64,000 bases of DNA from Bacillota bacterium (GCA_012520795.1 JAAYNP010000005.1:11050-75049), one strand, 5' to 3'; shown: positions 19,856 through 29,760, counted from the first letter of the stretch. The notes: generated by a model from the letters alone, not told the origin. Made by a program: numbers and translations.

Positions 19856-21088
19856 TTACTCACTCAGTTTAACGCGATGGTAAATCTTTTTGCCTTTCCT
19901 CACCAAAAGATACCCTTGATCGTCAAAGTCGCTTTCTGTAACCAGATAATCAAACTGCTTCACCGTTTCATTTTGCAGATAGATCCCTCCCTGGAGGATC
20001 AGCCTTCGCCCTTCGGAACGGGTTGCAGCCAAACCGAGTTTGGTCAACAGCGAAATCAAATCCATTCCTTCAGCGAATTCCCCATGAGCTATTTCCGTTG
20101 TAGGAATAGACTCACTGTCCTCCCCACCGCCAAAAAGGGCTCTGGCTGCTTTTTGGGCTTCCAGAGCCGCTTGCTCGCCATGAACCTTTTTCGTCAGTTC
20201 GAAAGCCAATACTTCTTTGGCGTAATTGATCTGAGCTCCTTCCAAAGCACCCAGTTTGCGCACTTCACTCATGGGCAGGAATGTCAACAGGCCTAACAAG
20301 CGTTCAACACTGCTGTCTTCAACATTCCGCCAATACTGATAGAATTCATACGGGGTGGTCAGATTTGGATCAAGCCATACTGCTCCAGCTTCAGTCTTCC
20401 CCATCTTCCTCCCGTCACTGGTAGTCAGGAGAGTGACGGTCATGCCATAGGCAGGTTTACCAGTCAGTTTTCGGATTAGTTCAACTCCGGCAATAATATT
20501 TGACCACTGATCATTGCCGCCAAACTGCATCACACATCCATAATCCTGATACAGCCGGTAAAAATCATAAGCCTGCATGATCATGTAGTTAAATTCCAGG
20601 AAAGTCAGCCCTCGTTCCAACCGCGATTTGTAGCATTCGGCCGCCAGCATCCTGTTGATGGAAAAGTGGACACCGACTTCACGCATAAACTCGATATAAT
20701 TGAGGTTGCGCAGCCAATCAGCGTTATTTAGCATAAGTGCCTTACCGTCGTCAAAATCTATAAAACGCGGAAGCTGTTTTTTGAACGCCTGGGCATTCTG
20801 ATCAATCTCTTCGATGGGCATGATTCTGCGCATGTCTGTCTTGCCGCTGGGGTCTCCTACCATGACCGTGCCGGCGCCAATCAGGGCAATCGGGCGGTGC
20901 CCTGCTCTTTGCATATGAGCCATTGCCATAATTGTGAGGAAATGACCGACTGTCAAGCTTGCTGCGGTTGGGTCAAAGCCAATGTAAAACGTTATCTTGT
21001 CGGCAGCCAACAGAGAACGGATTTCGTCTTCACGAGTCGTCTGTTCGATAAACCCCCGCTCTTTCAGGACGTCAAATACATTCTGCAT
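19856..21088 (-). CDS. tyrS: tyrosine--tRNA ligase
   Basis: HIGH-type motif ([14 protein letters not shown]) and KMGKT (KMSKS-like) motif. Start MQNVF, with GGGAG 9 nt upstream. The longest ORF reaches 21172. Confidence 0.85.
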   Translation of the reverse strand: MQNVFDVLKERGFIEQTTREDEIRSLLAADKITFYIGFDPTAASLTVGHFLTIMAMAHMQRAGHRPIALIGAGTVMVGDPSGKTDMRRIMPIEEIDQNAQAFKKQLPRFIDFDDGKALMLNNADWLRNLNYIEFMREVGVHFSINRMLAAECYKSRLERGLTFLEFNYMIMQAYDFYRLYQDYGCVMQFGGNDQWSNIIAGVELIRKLTGKPAYGMTVTLLTTSDGRKMGKTEAGAVWLDPNLTTPYEFYQYWRNVEDSSVERLLGLLTFLPMSEVRKLGALEGAQINYAKEVLAFELTKKVHGEQAALEAQKAARALFGGGEDSESIPTTEIAHGEFAEGMDLISLLTKLGLAATRSEGRRLILQGGIYLQNETVKQFDYLVTESDFDDQGYLLVRKGKKIYHRVKLSE

Positions 21089-21224
21089 AGAAATCATCTC
21101 CCTCTGCTTTACTATTGTATGATACCATAATCTAACATCAATATCAACCAAGATCATGCTCAGGCAGGACATTCATGACTGGATCGGGAACTACATCTAG
21201 ACAGTAATCAAAAATCTCGAAGAG

Positions 21225-22409
21225 GTGCTTGCATTGCAGAACAGGCAGTATTATCTTGATCCTTATCAGGCAGAATATCGCACTGAAGTAACAGAGTTGG
21301 GACTAGCGGACGGGCATTACCAGGTAATTCTGGCAAATACGATCTTTTATCCTGAAGGCGGCGGACAGCCGACTGACAAAGGCTTCATAAACGGAATCCC
21401 TGTGCTCCATGTATATGAAAACAGTGATCAGCAAGTCATCCATGTGCTGCCGGAAGATCCCGGGTTTGGCAGGGCTGTTTGTGTGCTGGACTGGCAGCAA
21501 AGATTCTATCATATGCAGCACCATACGGGACAGCACTTGCTTTCGGCTGTATTCTACAGAAAATACGGCATTCAAACCATGGGATTTCATCTTTCAGAGA
21601 AGTACTCCACCATGGATATCGAGACTGGGGCACTTGCCAAAGAACAGCTGATGGTGGCGGAACAGGAAGTAAACCACCTGATTCAGCAGAACCTGGCTGT
21701 CAAAAGTTATTTTGTTCCAACTACAGAGGCTGAACGAATGACGCTTTTGCGCAAACCGCCTCAGGTTGATTCAGATATCCGCATCGTGGAGATTGAAAGC
21801 TTTGATGCGGTTCCCTGCTGCGGGACACATGTGGCCAATACCGGTGAGGTCGGCATTGTCAAGGTGGTCAAGACTGAGAGAGTAAGAGGCATGACCCGTT
21901 TATACTACCGCTGCGGACTGGAAGCGTTTAAGGATTATCAATTCAAGCACGATCTGGTTATTGGCCTGGCAAACGCCTTTTCCAATTCGGAGCAGGATGT
22001 CTTAGCAAGAGTCACGGCAGAATTGGAACAAAAAGCTGAGTTGGAAAGGGAGTTAAGAAGGATAAAACAGCAGCTGCTTGGTTATCTGGCCCATGAACTT
22101 GTGGCGCAAGCCCAGGGGCGGCTCATAGTCCACCATCTCGACGCGGATCAAGGCCTTGACGCTGCTCCGTTATTGATCAATGAGATATTTTCGCGGGGAC
22201 GCTTTTTGGTACTTGCAGCTGTGGGAAGCCGTCTCTTTCTCTCCCACAATTTGGAGGGCGGCAAACTTGACTTAAATGACCTCGTGAAGAAATACGGAGC
22301 GGAATACGGCGGCCGCGGTGGTGGCAAAAGTGACTTTGCCCAGGTGTATTTCCCATCCATGGGCCAACTGGAAGCATTCATTGCCCGGATCACTGAAGAG
22401 AGTATATAA
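21225..22409 (+). CDS. alanyl-tRNA editing protein AlaX-L-like
   Basis: FYPEGGGQPTD block, HxxxH zinc motif HTGQHLLSAV, and CCGTHV motif. About 390 aa. Confidence 0.7.
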   Translation: MLALQNRQYYLDPYQAEYRTEVTELGLADGHYQVILANTIFYPEGGGQPTDKGFINGIPVLHVYENSDQQVIHVLPEDPGFGRAVCVLDWQQRFYHMQHHTGQHLLSAVFYRKYGIQTMGFHLSEKYSTMDIETGALAKEQLMVAEQEVNHLIQQNLAVKSYFVPTTEAERMTLLRKPPQVDSDIRIVEIESFDAVPCCGTHVANTGEVGIVKVVKTERVRGMTRLYYRCGLEAFKDYQFKHDLVIGLANAFSNSEQDVLARVTAELEQKAELERELRRIKQQLLGYLAHELVAQAQGRLIVHHLDADQGLDAAPLLINEIFSRGRFLVLAAVGSRLFLSHNLEGGKLDLNDLVKKYGAEYGGRGGGKSDFAQVYFPSMGQLEAFIARITEESI

Positions 22410-22411
22410 GG

Positions 22412-22445
22412 AGGGACTCCTCAACAAGGAGTCCCTGCCCTTTAA
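22412..22445 (+). terminator. intrinsic terminator after the alaX-like gene
   Basis: AGGGACTCCT-caaca-AGGAGTCCCT followed by GCCCTTT. Confidence 0.6.
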
Positions 22446-22463
22446 ACGTTATTCTTGGCATGT

Positions 22464-22883
22464 TTATCCCGCGGGCACCACGCTGACTTCTAACTGCGCG
22501 TCAATAGTGTATCCTGTCAGGTAGTTTTCAACAGATACAGACAAGAGCCCTTCAACCGGCTCATCTGTAACTTCTGCTGCTGTAAAGACCACCGTCTCAC
22601 CACTTTCGGTGTCGATGTCGCCGATTCCTTGGTTGCCTTCAAAATAGACTAACCATGAAAAAATGCATTTGATCACTTTTTCACCATACCTATCAACGGG
22701 CTTAACCGTGATCGTTGCTTCCTGCCCGGATTGCAAGACCAGCATTTCCTCAGTGAACTCTTCGCCATCAACAAAGAACTTCAGCCCGTCTATCTCGTTC
22801 CCCGGTAAAAATATCCTACATCCGGCCAAACCAACGATTACAACCATCAATAAGGCCGCTCTCAGTGCCAGGCTTTTCCTCAT
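22464..22883 (-). CDS. small lipoprotein
   Basis: Signal peptide with lipobox LAGC. GGAGG SD upstream. Confidence 0.5.
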   Translation of the reverse strand: MRKSLALRAALLMVVIVGLAGCRIFLPGNEIDGLKFFVDGEEFTEEMLVLQSGQEATITVKPVDRYGEKVIKCIFSWLVYFEGNQGIGDIDTESGETVVFTAAEVTDEPVEGLLSVSVENYLTGYTIDAQLEVSVVPAG

Positions 22884-22979
22884 TTCCTACCTCCTTCCAT
22901 TAGGCTTGCTTATATTGTATCGAAACAATTAGATTCGGGCAATGCCCTAATTAATTCCTTTCAAGCCTGATACCTTACT

Positions 22980-23008
22980 TTGCTAAAACCTGATCCATCA
23001 TGTATAAT
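22980..23008 (+). promoter_or_regulatory. promoter TTGCTA-17-TGTATAAT (extended -10)
   Basis: Read directly upstream of the AraC gene. Confidence 0.55.
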
Positions 23009-23036
23009 GGTTATACAAACATCCAGAGGTGGAATT

Positions 23037-23882
23037 ATGAACAGCTTCAAGCGCGAATCTATTGCAGGAGACTTTCGTATCAGCCATGTAAAAGTACCCG
23101 GCATATCTTATGACCACATGCCCAACTTCCATGCACACCCAACCTATGAGCTCTTCTATCTGCTCACCGGTGAACGGATTTATTTCATTAATGGCGCCGA
23201 ATACTGTGTAAAACGCGGCGAATTGCTGTTACTCGACCAGAATGTAATCCACAAGACCATCTCTACCTCTGTCCCGGATTACGAGCGGATATTACTGCAG
23301 ATACCGGCCAGTTTCATCAACCCGGCATGCTATCCCGACTTCAATTCTGAAGAATGCTTCAGGTTTGCTTCGCCGGTATTCTCCCTGCCAAAAAAAGACC
23401 AGACTGTGATTGAATCAACCTTGTTTACAATTTTCGATGAAACTGAACACAGACATGTCGGTTACCTCAGCGCAATTCAAACGCTGCTGATGCAGATCCT
23501 GATTCGTGTCCACCGGTATGCCCAGTCAGCAGAGCATGTAATTGCCCAGTCTTCGCATGTCAACAAAAAGATAGCAGATATTGTTTATTTTATCGGGCAG
23601 AATTTTATGAAGCCGCTGACACTTGGCCGCATCGCCAATGAGTTTTATATCAGCAGTGCCCATCTAGCACGCACTTTCAAGAAAGTTACGGGATTGACAC
23701 TAATCGAATACCTGAATATTGTCCGCACTAATGAAGCCCGTAAACTGCTGCGGGGCAACAATTATTCAATATCCGAAATAGCTCTGGCTGTCGGTTATGG
23801 AAGCATTACTCACTTTGAACGTGTGTTTAAGAAAGCTTCAGGATATACACCGAGCACCTATCGGAAGCTGGTCAGAAAGTAA
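23037..23882 (+). CDS. AraC-family transcriptional regulator (cupin-type sensor plus HTH)
   Basis: N-terminal AraC-binding cupin and a C-terminal double HTH (SSAHLARTFKKVTGLT...YGSITHFERVFKK). AGAGGTGG lies 6 nt before the ATG. Confidence 0.7.
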   Translation: MNSFKRESIAGDFRISHVKVPGISYDHMPNFHAHPTYELFYLLTGERIYFINGAEYCVKRGELLLLDQNVIHKTISTSVPDYERILLQIPASFINPACYPDFNSEECFRFASPVFSLPKKDQTVIESTLFTIFDETEHRHVGYLSAIQTLLMQILIRVHRYAQSAEHVIAQSSHVNKKIADIVYFIGQNFMKPLTLGRIANEFYISSAHLARTFKKVTGLTLIEYLNIVRTNEARKLLRGNNYSISEIALAVGYGSITHFERVFKKASGYTPSTYRKLVRK

Positions 23883-26447
23883 TCAGTCACTTCGATGGCT
23901 GGTTCGCGCCTGTAAAGGACTATTTGCCATTTCATCCAGGTTCCGAACATGTCTTGAATCAAACAGATTGGCAATCCTCTGGTGGCAAGTAAGCAGGATG
24001 ATCTGGTGGCTGGCACTGATCTCCTGAATCAATTCAACAGTGTTTGCCAAGCGAAAACGGTCGAAGTTGACCAGAATGTCATCAGCGAAGATTGGGATTT
24101 CCACTTTTTCTTGGGCAATCTGCTTCGCCAGAGCAAACCTGATGGCAAGGTACAGCTGTTCCAAAGTCCCCTGGCTCAGCTGAGGCGGCTCCAGTACCTC
24201 CCCGTTTTCGGCTTCTATCTTGATCTGCTGCATGCCGATGGGTGCATAAACACGCTGGTAGCGTTGATTGGTGATGGAGGCAAAATAGGCACTGGCCAGC
24301 CGAAGCACCTCGGGTTGACGCTCTTGCTCGTACTTGCGGCTTACTTGTTCAATCACCCACTGGCAGATTCTCAAGCTTGTCCACCGTTCCGCCAGGTTCT
24401 GAGCCTTCGCTTGGAGTATTTCCCGTTCCTGCTGCAGTTCCTCCAACCTCTGACTCTGTTCCAGCATCTCTCTTTTCACGTTGAGGCCACCAAGAGCCTT
24501 CTGGAGTTGTTCCAAGTCGGCGCTTAACACTGCTATTTCTGCCTCCAACTGCTCTGATTCCTGAATCAGGGCTGCTTTCGAATGACCTGCAAAAGTATCT
24601 TCCAATTGACCCCCTTGCCTGCCGAGATAAGTCTGGAGAAGCACCTCGAGGTTGGCAATTTCCTGCTGCAGCTCACGCCGCTGGTCCTGACTTTTATAGA
24701 AGCGGCTGATTTCAGCCGGATCCGAACTGCGGCACCGGCTGTAAAAGTCTTCCAACTCGCCTTCCAATTGCTGCTGCTGCTTTATCAGCTCAGGAAGCGA
24801 GCCCATCACATCCAGCCAGGCTTTAAACTCTTTGAGACCCCAATCCGCTGGCAGGTTGCACTGCTCCAGCAGGGTCTGCAATTTGCCGCTGACTACCTCC
24901 ATTTGGGATTGTTTTTTCACCAGGTGTTGATCATATGCAGCAAGCCTTGCCCCGTGCTGTTCAAGGTTTCGCTTTAACTGATCCAGACTTTTGACTAATT
25001 CCTCGGCCCGTTCCAGCTTGTGTTCCACTATTGGCAGTTCCTGCTCGATATCGGAAATGCCTAGCCTGCTTGCGGCATCTTTCACAAGCAGTGCATCTTC
25101 CCGAGTTCTGCGGCGCCCGAACACTTGTTCGGAAACCAACCAAACCACCAACAAAGCCGACATTCCAGCAGTCAGCCAGACTCCTATCCTAACACTGGCT
25201 GTATAGAAAAGCCATCCTATGACAAGCCAGCCACAGACGGCAGAAATTTGGGCAACGCTTTTGAGCGTAGTCGGCAAGGTTTTTTGGTCAGAGCTTTGAG
25301 GCCTCAGAGCCTCAAGCCACTGTTTCCTGACAATCAGATCCGCAAAACTGAGCTTACCCAACCCCAGTCCCTCTATCTGCGCTTCTGCAGAAGCTATCTG
25401 GTTTTCGATTTCCATATACTCGATTTGAATCTGGGTATGCCGTTCCCGGGCGACATTAAGTTGAAGCTCGGCCTGTTCCAACTCATTCTCAAGCGTTTCT
25501 GATTCTTGGATCAGCGTATGGAGGTCAGTCACCCCGTCGACCGGCAGTTCAACACCCGGTGGTAGTTTTGCCTTCGCCTGCTGCTGCTTCTCCCCAAGTT
25601 GTTTCAGATCTGTTTGAATTGCCTCCATCCTTGCCAAACCGTTTACCGGCAAATCCAGTTCAGGCAGCTGCTGCAGCTTTTCCCTGGCAATCAGCAGCTT
25701 CTGCCAGTGGGGCCAAGCCTCCAGCATGATCCTAGTCTGCTGAAGCTCATGTTTTGCTTCCTCAAGGGATTCCCGCAGTTCGGAAACTTCGTTTTGTTTG
25801 GCTTTGATCTGGCCGAGCAATTCTTGATACTGCTTGTTTACACTGCCCAAGGTTTTGATCGCGGCAGAATGTTCCTTCAATGATCTTAGGGTTGTATTCA
25901 ATTCCGGCCTAGAACCGCGCACTTTGTAAATGCTGTCCATGGCTTCGGTCAACCGATCTTTGACCGCTGCCAAGGAAACGCTGCTCCCCAAGCCGATACT
26001 GTACAGAAGAGCACTTAAATCCTCATCCTGAAGGAATTTTAACTGCTGCAGCTCCGCAAGGCCAAACGCATAGACCGTTTCAAACAACGACTGGGAAATG
26101 CCCCCTGTAAGCCTGAAAACATAGTCTTCAGATCCAGAGGTTCCGTTATTGAGATCCTCAATTGTCAAGGCGCCTCCAGAACGGCGGTCACTTGTGCGGC
26201 TGAGCAACAACCTCCGGCCTTGGTCTGAAACCAGGATGCTGCCCCCGTGGCTGCCGCCGCGCAGAGGTTCGTAGCGCTTGGATGACCCTCTTTGGTAGAA
26301 TCCGTATAACACGCTGCGGACAAAGTTCAGCAGGGTGCTTTTGCCAGAACCGTTGAGCCCATAGATGATTGTCAAATCGGGTTCGAAATCAATACTCAGA
26401 TCATGCAGGATGCCAAACCCATTAATCCTGATCTGTTCCAGCTTCAT
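23883..26447 (-). CDS. SMC/SbcC-like AAA ATPase YhaN (SbcE)-like, with a central membrane hairpin
   Basis: N-terminal Walker A GLNGSGKST, a long coiled coil, and C-terminal signature plus Walker B/D-loop (LVNFDRFR...ILLTCH). Two hydrophobic helices lie mid-protein. Start overlaps the stop of the upstream phosphoesterase (ATGA). Confidence 0.6.
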   Translation of the reverse strand: MKLEQIRINGFGILHDLSIDFEPDLTIIYGLNGSGKSTLLNFVRSVLYGFYQRGSSKRYEPLRGGSHGGSILVSDQGRRLLLSRTSDRRSGGALTIEDLNNGTSGSEDYVFRLTGGISQSLFETVYAFGLAELQQLKFLQDEDLSALLYSIGLGSSVSLAAVKDRLTEAMDSIYKVRGSRPELNTTLRSLKEHSAAIKTLGSVNKQYQELLGQIKAKQNEVSELRESLEEAKHELQQTRIMLEAWPHWQKLLIAREKLQQLPELDLPVNGLARMEAIQTDLKQLGEKQQQAKAKLPPGVELPVDGVTDLHTLIQESETLENELEQAELQLNVARERHTQIQIEYMEIENQIASAEAQIEGLGLGKLSFADLIVRKQWLEALRPQSSDQKTLPTTLKSVAQISAVCGWLVIGWLFYTASVRIGVWLTAGMSALLVVWLVSEQVFGRRRTREDALLVKDAASRLGISDIEQELPIVEHKLERAEELVKSLDQLKRNLEQHGARLAAYDQHLVKKQSQMEVVSGKLQTLLEQCNLPADWGLKEFKAWLDVMGSLPELIKQQQQLEGELEDFYSRCRSSDPAEISRFYKSQDQRRELQQEIANLEVLLQTYLGRQGGQLEDTFAGHSKAALIQESEQLEAEIAVLSADLEQLQKALGGLNVKREMLEQSQRLEELQQEREILQAKAQNLAERWTSLRICQWVIEQVSRKYEQERQPEVLRLASAYFASITNQRYQRVYAPIGMQQIKIEAENGEVLEPPQLSQGTLEQLYLAIRFALAKQIAQEKVEIPIFADDILVNFDRFRLANTVELIQEISASHQIILLTCHQRIANLFDSRHVRNLDEMANSPLQARTSHRSD

Positions 26448-27670
26448 TCACCCTGCCCTCCCCCCCACAGCAGTTGGACCGCAATCAGTTTGGCATTATG
26501 CAGCAACCCCTCTCGATCCAAAGTAATGCCAAGGCTGAGAGCCACGTTCTCACTGGCGGCCACAGCTTCCGCATCAATATTTATACTGCCTGCTTCCATC
26601 TGCTCCATAAAAGCGATGACCTCTGCGAGGAAGTCGCCCTGCTGGCGAATTTCTTCCCAATCTATCTCCGGCAGTGTCTGATCATCAAGCTCCGCCACCC
26701 AGACAAAATCGGCCCTCTGTTCTTCACCCCGGCGTAATTCGGTGAGGAGATCTTCGATTGTTCCTTCTTGTTTCAGCATCCCGTAGCATGCACTGGTACC
26801 TGTAAGTTTGAGCTGCAGCATGGTTCCGACAGGATACTGGGCTCGTTTTTCATCTTTTGCCTCCAAAAGAATATAGGGCAATTGCTCAGGAATGGCCTGG
26901 CTTAGATCCAATTCCTTGGTTTGCCAGACAACATCTTGCTGAACCACGAACTTCGTGTCAATAACTGTATTTGCCTCAACCGTCACCACATAAAACCCTT
27001 TTGGGCCTGATTCAGCCTTGTCGCGCCCTTGCAGAATCCCCGGGTATTGAATCACACATGAAGTCTCCCATCTTTTTGCGGAGTGTACGTGCCCAATGGC
27101 CCAATAATGGTACCCAAGGGCTTCCAGATCGGTCAAGGCAACGGGCGCATAGCCGAACTCCCGGCTGCCTACATCGCAGTGAAGCACAGCAATATTAAAG
27201 CTCCCTGGATTTGGCCGGGGAAACATCGGACTTAAATCCCCAACATGCGGCTGAGGATAACTGACACCGGTGATGGTGACAGGCTGATTTTTGTAGCTGC
27301 GGGATATGCATTCTGCTTCTGATGCCGAAAAGATGAAAAAATTGTCGGGCAGTGGAAATATGAAGTGCTCGAACACGTTGGCATCATGATTTCCTGTAAC
27401 CACGAAAATGTCAATGCCGGAAGCTTGCAAACGCTCAATCTGGCCTATAAAGTGCTTTTGAATCAGCAGGCCGGGCTCGGCAGTTTCAAAAACATCCCCG
27501 GCGAACAATACAAAATCAACCTGCGTATCAAGGCAATACTGGACCAGGTTTTCAAATGCTTTCAGGCTGGCGTTAATCGCACGTTTTTTCAGGTCCGGAG
27601 CCAGCTCTTCAATGCCTGAGAAAAAACTTCCCAAATGCAAGTCGGCAGCGTGCACAAAAGTGAATCCCAT
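26444..27670 (-). CDS. SbcD/Mre11-like metallophosphoesterase YhaO (SbcF)-like
   Basis: FVHAADLHLG, GDVFE, GNHD and GHVH calcineurin-like phosphoesterase motifs. 408 aa. Confidence 0.65.
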   Translation of the reverse strand: MGFTFVHAADLHLGSFFSGIEELAPDLKKRAINASLKAFENLVQYCLDTQVDFVLFAGDVFETAEPGLLIQKHFIGQIERLQASGIDIFVVTGNHDANVFEHFIFPLPDNFFIFSASEAECISRSYKNQPVTITGVSYPQPHVGDLSPMFPRPNPGSFNIAVLHCDVGSREFGYAPVALTDLEALGYHYWAIGHVHSAKRWETSCVIQYPGILQGRDKAESGPKGFYVVTVEANTVIDTKFVVQQDVVWQTKELDLSQAIPEQLPYILLEAKDEKRAQYPVGTMLQLKLTGTSACYGMLKQEGTIEDLLTELRRGEEQRADFVWVAELDDQTLPEIDWEEIRQQGDFLAEVIAFMEQMEAGSINIDAEAVAASENVALSLGITLDREGLLHNAKLIAVQLLWGGGQGE

Positions 27671-27754
27671 TAATCATGTCTCCCAAACGTATTCTTGTCG
27701 ATCTATTCGCAACTCGGCAACCCAATTCCTGCCCTAAACAGCTCCGATAAAGGC

Positions 27755-27792
27755 AAACCCTGCATCGCCACATACAGGCTGATGCAGGGTTT
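27755..27792 (-). terminator. hairpin downstream of tRNA-fMet (minus strand)
   Basis: AAACCCTGCATC-N14-GATGCAGGGTTT. The following T-tract is only moderate. Confidence 0.45.
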
Positions 27793-27808
27793 CTCTCCTA
27801 TCTGACAA

Positions 27809-27884
<76 letters not shown>

Positions 27885-27898
27885 CTGTTCGCAATAAC

Positions 27899-27927
27899 AT
27901 TATAGACTATAAAAAACAGAATGTCAA
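27899..27927 (-). promoter_or_regulatory. consensus promoter TTGACA-17-TATAAT driving tRNA-fMet
   Basis: Read on the minus strand. The -10 lies 14 nt upstream of the tRNA 5' end. Confidence 0.65.
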
Positions 27928-27956
27928 TTTAAAGCTGTGCTCCGGCAAACTAGAGT

Positions 27957-28274
27957 TCAAATGAACTGATCGATCTTCTCCGTAATATACTGTTTGGGAA
28001 CAGCACCTACTATTTGATCAACAACCTGGCCGTCTTTAAAGATCAACATGGTTGGAATACTCATAATCCCGTATTTCATGGCCACCTCTGGATTTTCATC
28101 TACATTAACCTTGCCGATCTTGGCCTTTCCGGCATACTCTTCGGCCATCTCATCAATAATCGGGCCTACCATCCGGCATGGGCCGCACCAGGGTGCCCAA
28201 AAATCGACCAGTACTATGCCTTTGTTCTGTTCAACTTCCTGACTGAATGTGCTGTCCGTAAATTTAACTGTCAT
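27957..28274 (-). CDS. trxA: thioredoxin
   Basis: WCGPC active site. 105 aa from ATG 28274 with AAGGAGG upstream. The longest ORF reaches 28349. Confidence 0.85.
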   Translation of the reverse strand: MTVKFTDSTFSQEVEQNKGIVLVDFWAPWCGPCRMVGPIIDEMAEEYAGKAKIGKVNVDENPEVAMKYGIMSIPTMLIFKDGQVVDQIVGAVPKQYITEKIDQFI

Positions 28275-28322
28275 GATCCTGATCCTCCTTGAGCTAAATG
28301 CGAATTGAATATCCATTATGAT

Positions 28323-28345
28323 TATATACCCCGTGAGGGTATATG
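28323..28345. promoter_or_regulatory. perfect palindrome ATATACCC-N5-GGGTATAT upstream of trxA
   Basis: 8 bp arms and a 5 nt spacer. About 50-70 nt upstream of the trxA start. Confidence 0.3.
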
Positions 28346-28479
28346 TCAAGAGTCAAATCTTATTTCCGTAAAACATGCCCATATACCTGGTTAGATCCGT
28401 CTTACCCTGCCGGGTTGCTAATTTCATCTCTACTTTAAAATTTCTTTACGAAAATAATACTCATCGAAGGAGGACAATT

Positions 28480-28554
28480 GTGCTATTCGTAGAATTATTG
28501 ATAAAACCTACGAAATATACTTTAAAAAGAACAGAAAGGTGGTTACAAACATGA
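28480..28554 (+). CDS. possible 24-codon upstream ORF / leader peptide (VLFVELLIKPTKYTLKRTERWLQT)
   Basis: AGGAGG lies 6 nt before the GTG. Its stop TGA overlaps the livJ ATG (ATGA). The livJ SD lies inside it. Confidence 0.3.
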   Translation: MLFVELLIKPTKYTLKRTERWLQT

Positions 28555-29696
28555 GAGATTACAGAGCAAAATCCCGCAGGCTGGTGATGGCAGCGTTTAT
28601 TCTAGCCTTGATTGGAATTATTGCAGCACCAGCCTTTGCCGAAGAAATCAAAATCGGACTGATCTCCAGTTTGACCGGGCCGGTTTCAACCTACGGGCAT
28701 TCCGTCCGGAATGCTGTGCAAATGGCCGTGGATGAGATCAATTCATCCGGCGGGATCAACGGGAACAAGATCAATCTGATCGTCCTGGACGACAAGGGTG
28801 ATGCTACCGAAGCAGCCAACGTTACCCGCTATCTGATTGATAGAGAGCAGGTTGCCTTGGTTGTTGGGCCCGTCATTACTCCATGTGTGATGGCATCAGC
28901 TCCTATTGCACAGGAAGCTGGCCTTCCACTTATTACCCCAACAGGAACCGGAGATACAATCACCCAAATTGGAGACTACATCTTCCGGGCTGCCTACAAG
29001 GATTCACTTCAAGGCAGCGCTGTAGCCCGTTTTGCCCGGGAGAACTTAGGTTTGCAAACTGCGGCCATCATCTATGACATTGCAAATGATTACTCAACCG
29101 GGCTTATGCACGCTTTCCAAAAGACTTTTACAGAACTCGGAGGAAAGATTGTCTCGGTTCAATCCTATACTACAGGCGATCGTGATTTCAGCGCGCAGCT
29201 TACTTCTATCTTGGTGGCCAATCCAGAAGGCCTCTTTATCCCTGATTACCACTCCGCTGCAGGGCCTATTCTGCTTCAAGCCAGCCAGTTTGGGATTGGT
29301 GCTGTCAAACTTGGCGTTGACGGTTGGGATTCGCCGGATTTGAAACCGCTGTCCGGAGGCAACGATGAAGGCGGATATTTCGTCAACCACTATTCTCCGT
29401 TGGATACCAGGGAAGCCACTGTAGAATTCGCCAATAAGTATAGGACAAGATTCGGGCAAGAACCGGATGCATTGGCTGCCCTTGGCTACGATGCCATGCA
29501 GATTGTCAAAGCAGCCTTGGAAAAGGCTGACAGCACTGACCCAGTAGCCATCAAGGATTCCATGGGCACAGTCAAGAACGTGGTCGCCGCTACCGCTGAC
29601 ATTGACATGGATCCTGAAGGCACGCCGTACAAGCCGCTGGTTATTCTGCAGATCAAAGACGGGGCTCCAGTTCTAGTGGACAAAGTCTATCCGTAA
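28551..29696 (+). CDS. livJ: branched-chain amino-acid ABC transporter substrate-binding protein (LivJ/K family)
   Basis: Signal peptide and Peripla_BP_6-like sequence. AAAGGTGG SD upstream. Confidence 0.8.
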   Translation: MRDYRAKSRRLVMAAFILALIGIIAAPAFAEEIKIGLISSLTGPVSTYGHSVRNAVQMAVDEINSSGGINGNKINLIVLDDKGDATEAANVTRYLIDREQVALVVGPVITPCVMASAPIAQEAGLPLITPTGTGDTITQIGDYIFRAAYKDSLQGSAVARFARENLGLQTAAIIYDIANDYSTGLMHAFQKTFTELGGKIVSVQSYTTGDRDFSAQLTSILVANPEGLFIPDYHSAAGPILLQASQFGIGAVKLGVDGWDSPDLKPLSGGNDEGGYFVNHYSPLDTREATVEFANKYRTRFGQEPDALAALGYDAMQIVKAALEKADSTDPVAIKDSMGTVKNVVAATADIDMDPEGTPYKPLVILQIKDGAPVLVDKVYP

Positions 29697-29715
29697 TCAA
29701 ATCAATAGTGTTTGT

Positions 29716-29760
29716 ACCTGGGTTGTACCTTATAAGGTACAACCCAGCATTATTTATCTT
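29716..29760 (+). terminator. strong hairpin between livJ and livH (partial terminator or attenuator)
   Basis: CCTGGGTTGTACC-ttataa-GGTACAACCCAG followed by CATTATTTATCTT. Confidence 0.5.

Noticed and set aside
21089-21224. Expected a T-box leader upstream of tyrS
   Set aside because: Only ~136 nt separate tyrS from the divergent AlaX-like gene. I found no T-box consensus (AATTAGGGTGGTACCGCG or its complement). The leader is too short for a T-box.
23883-27670. SbcC/SbcD-like pair as a novel anti-phage defence system
   Set aside because: Sizes (408 aa phosphoesterase, SMC-like ATPase), gene order and coupling match B. subtilis yhaO-yhaN (SbcF/SbcE). Flanks are core genes (trxA, initiator tRNA). 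I kept it as a finding with this caveat.
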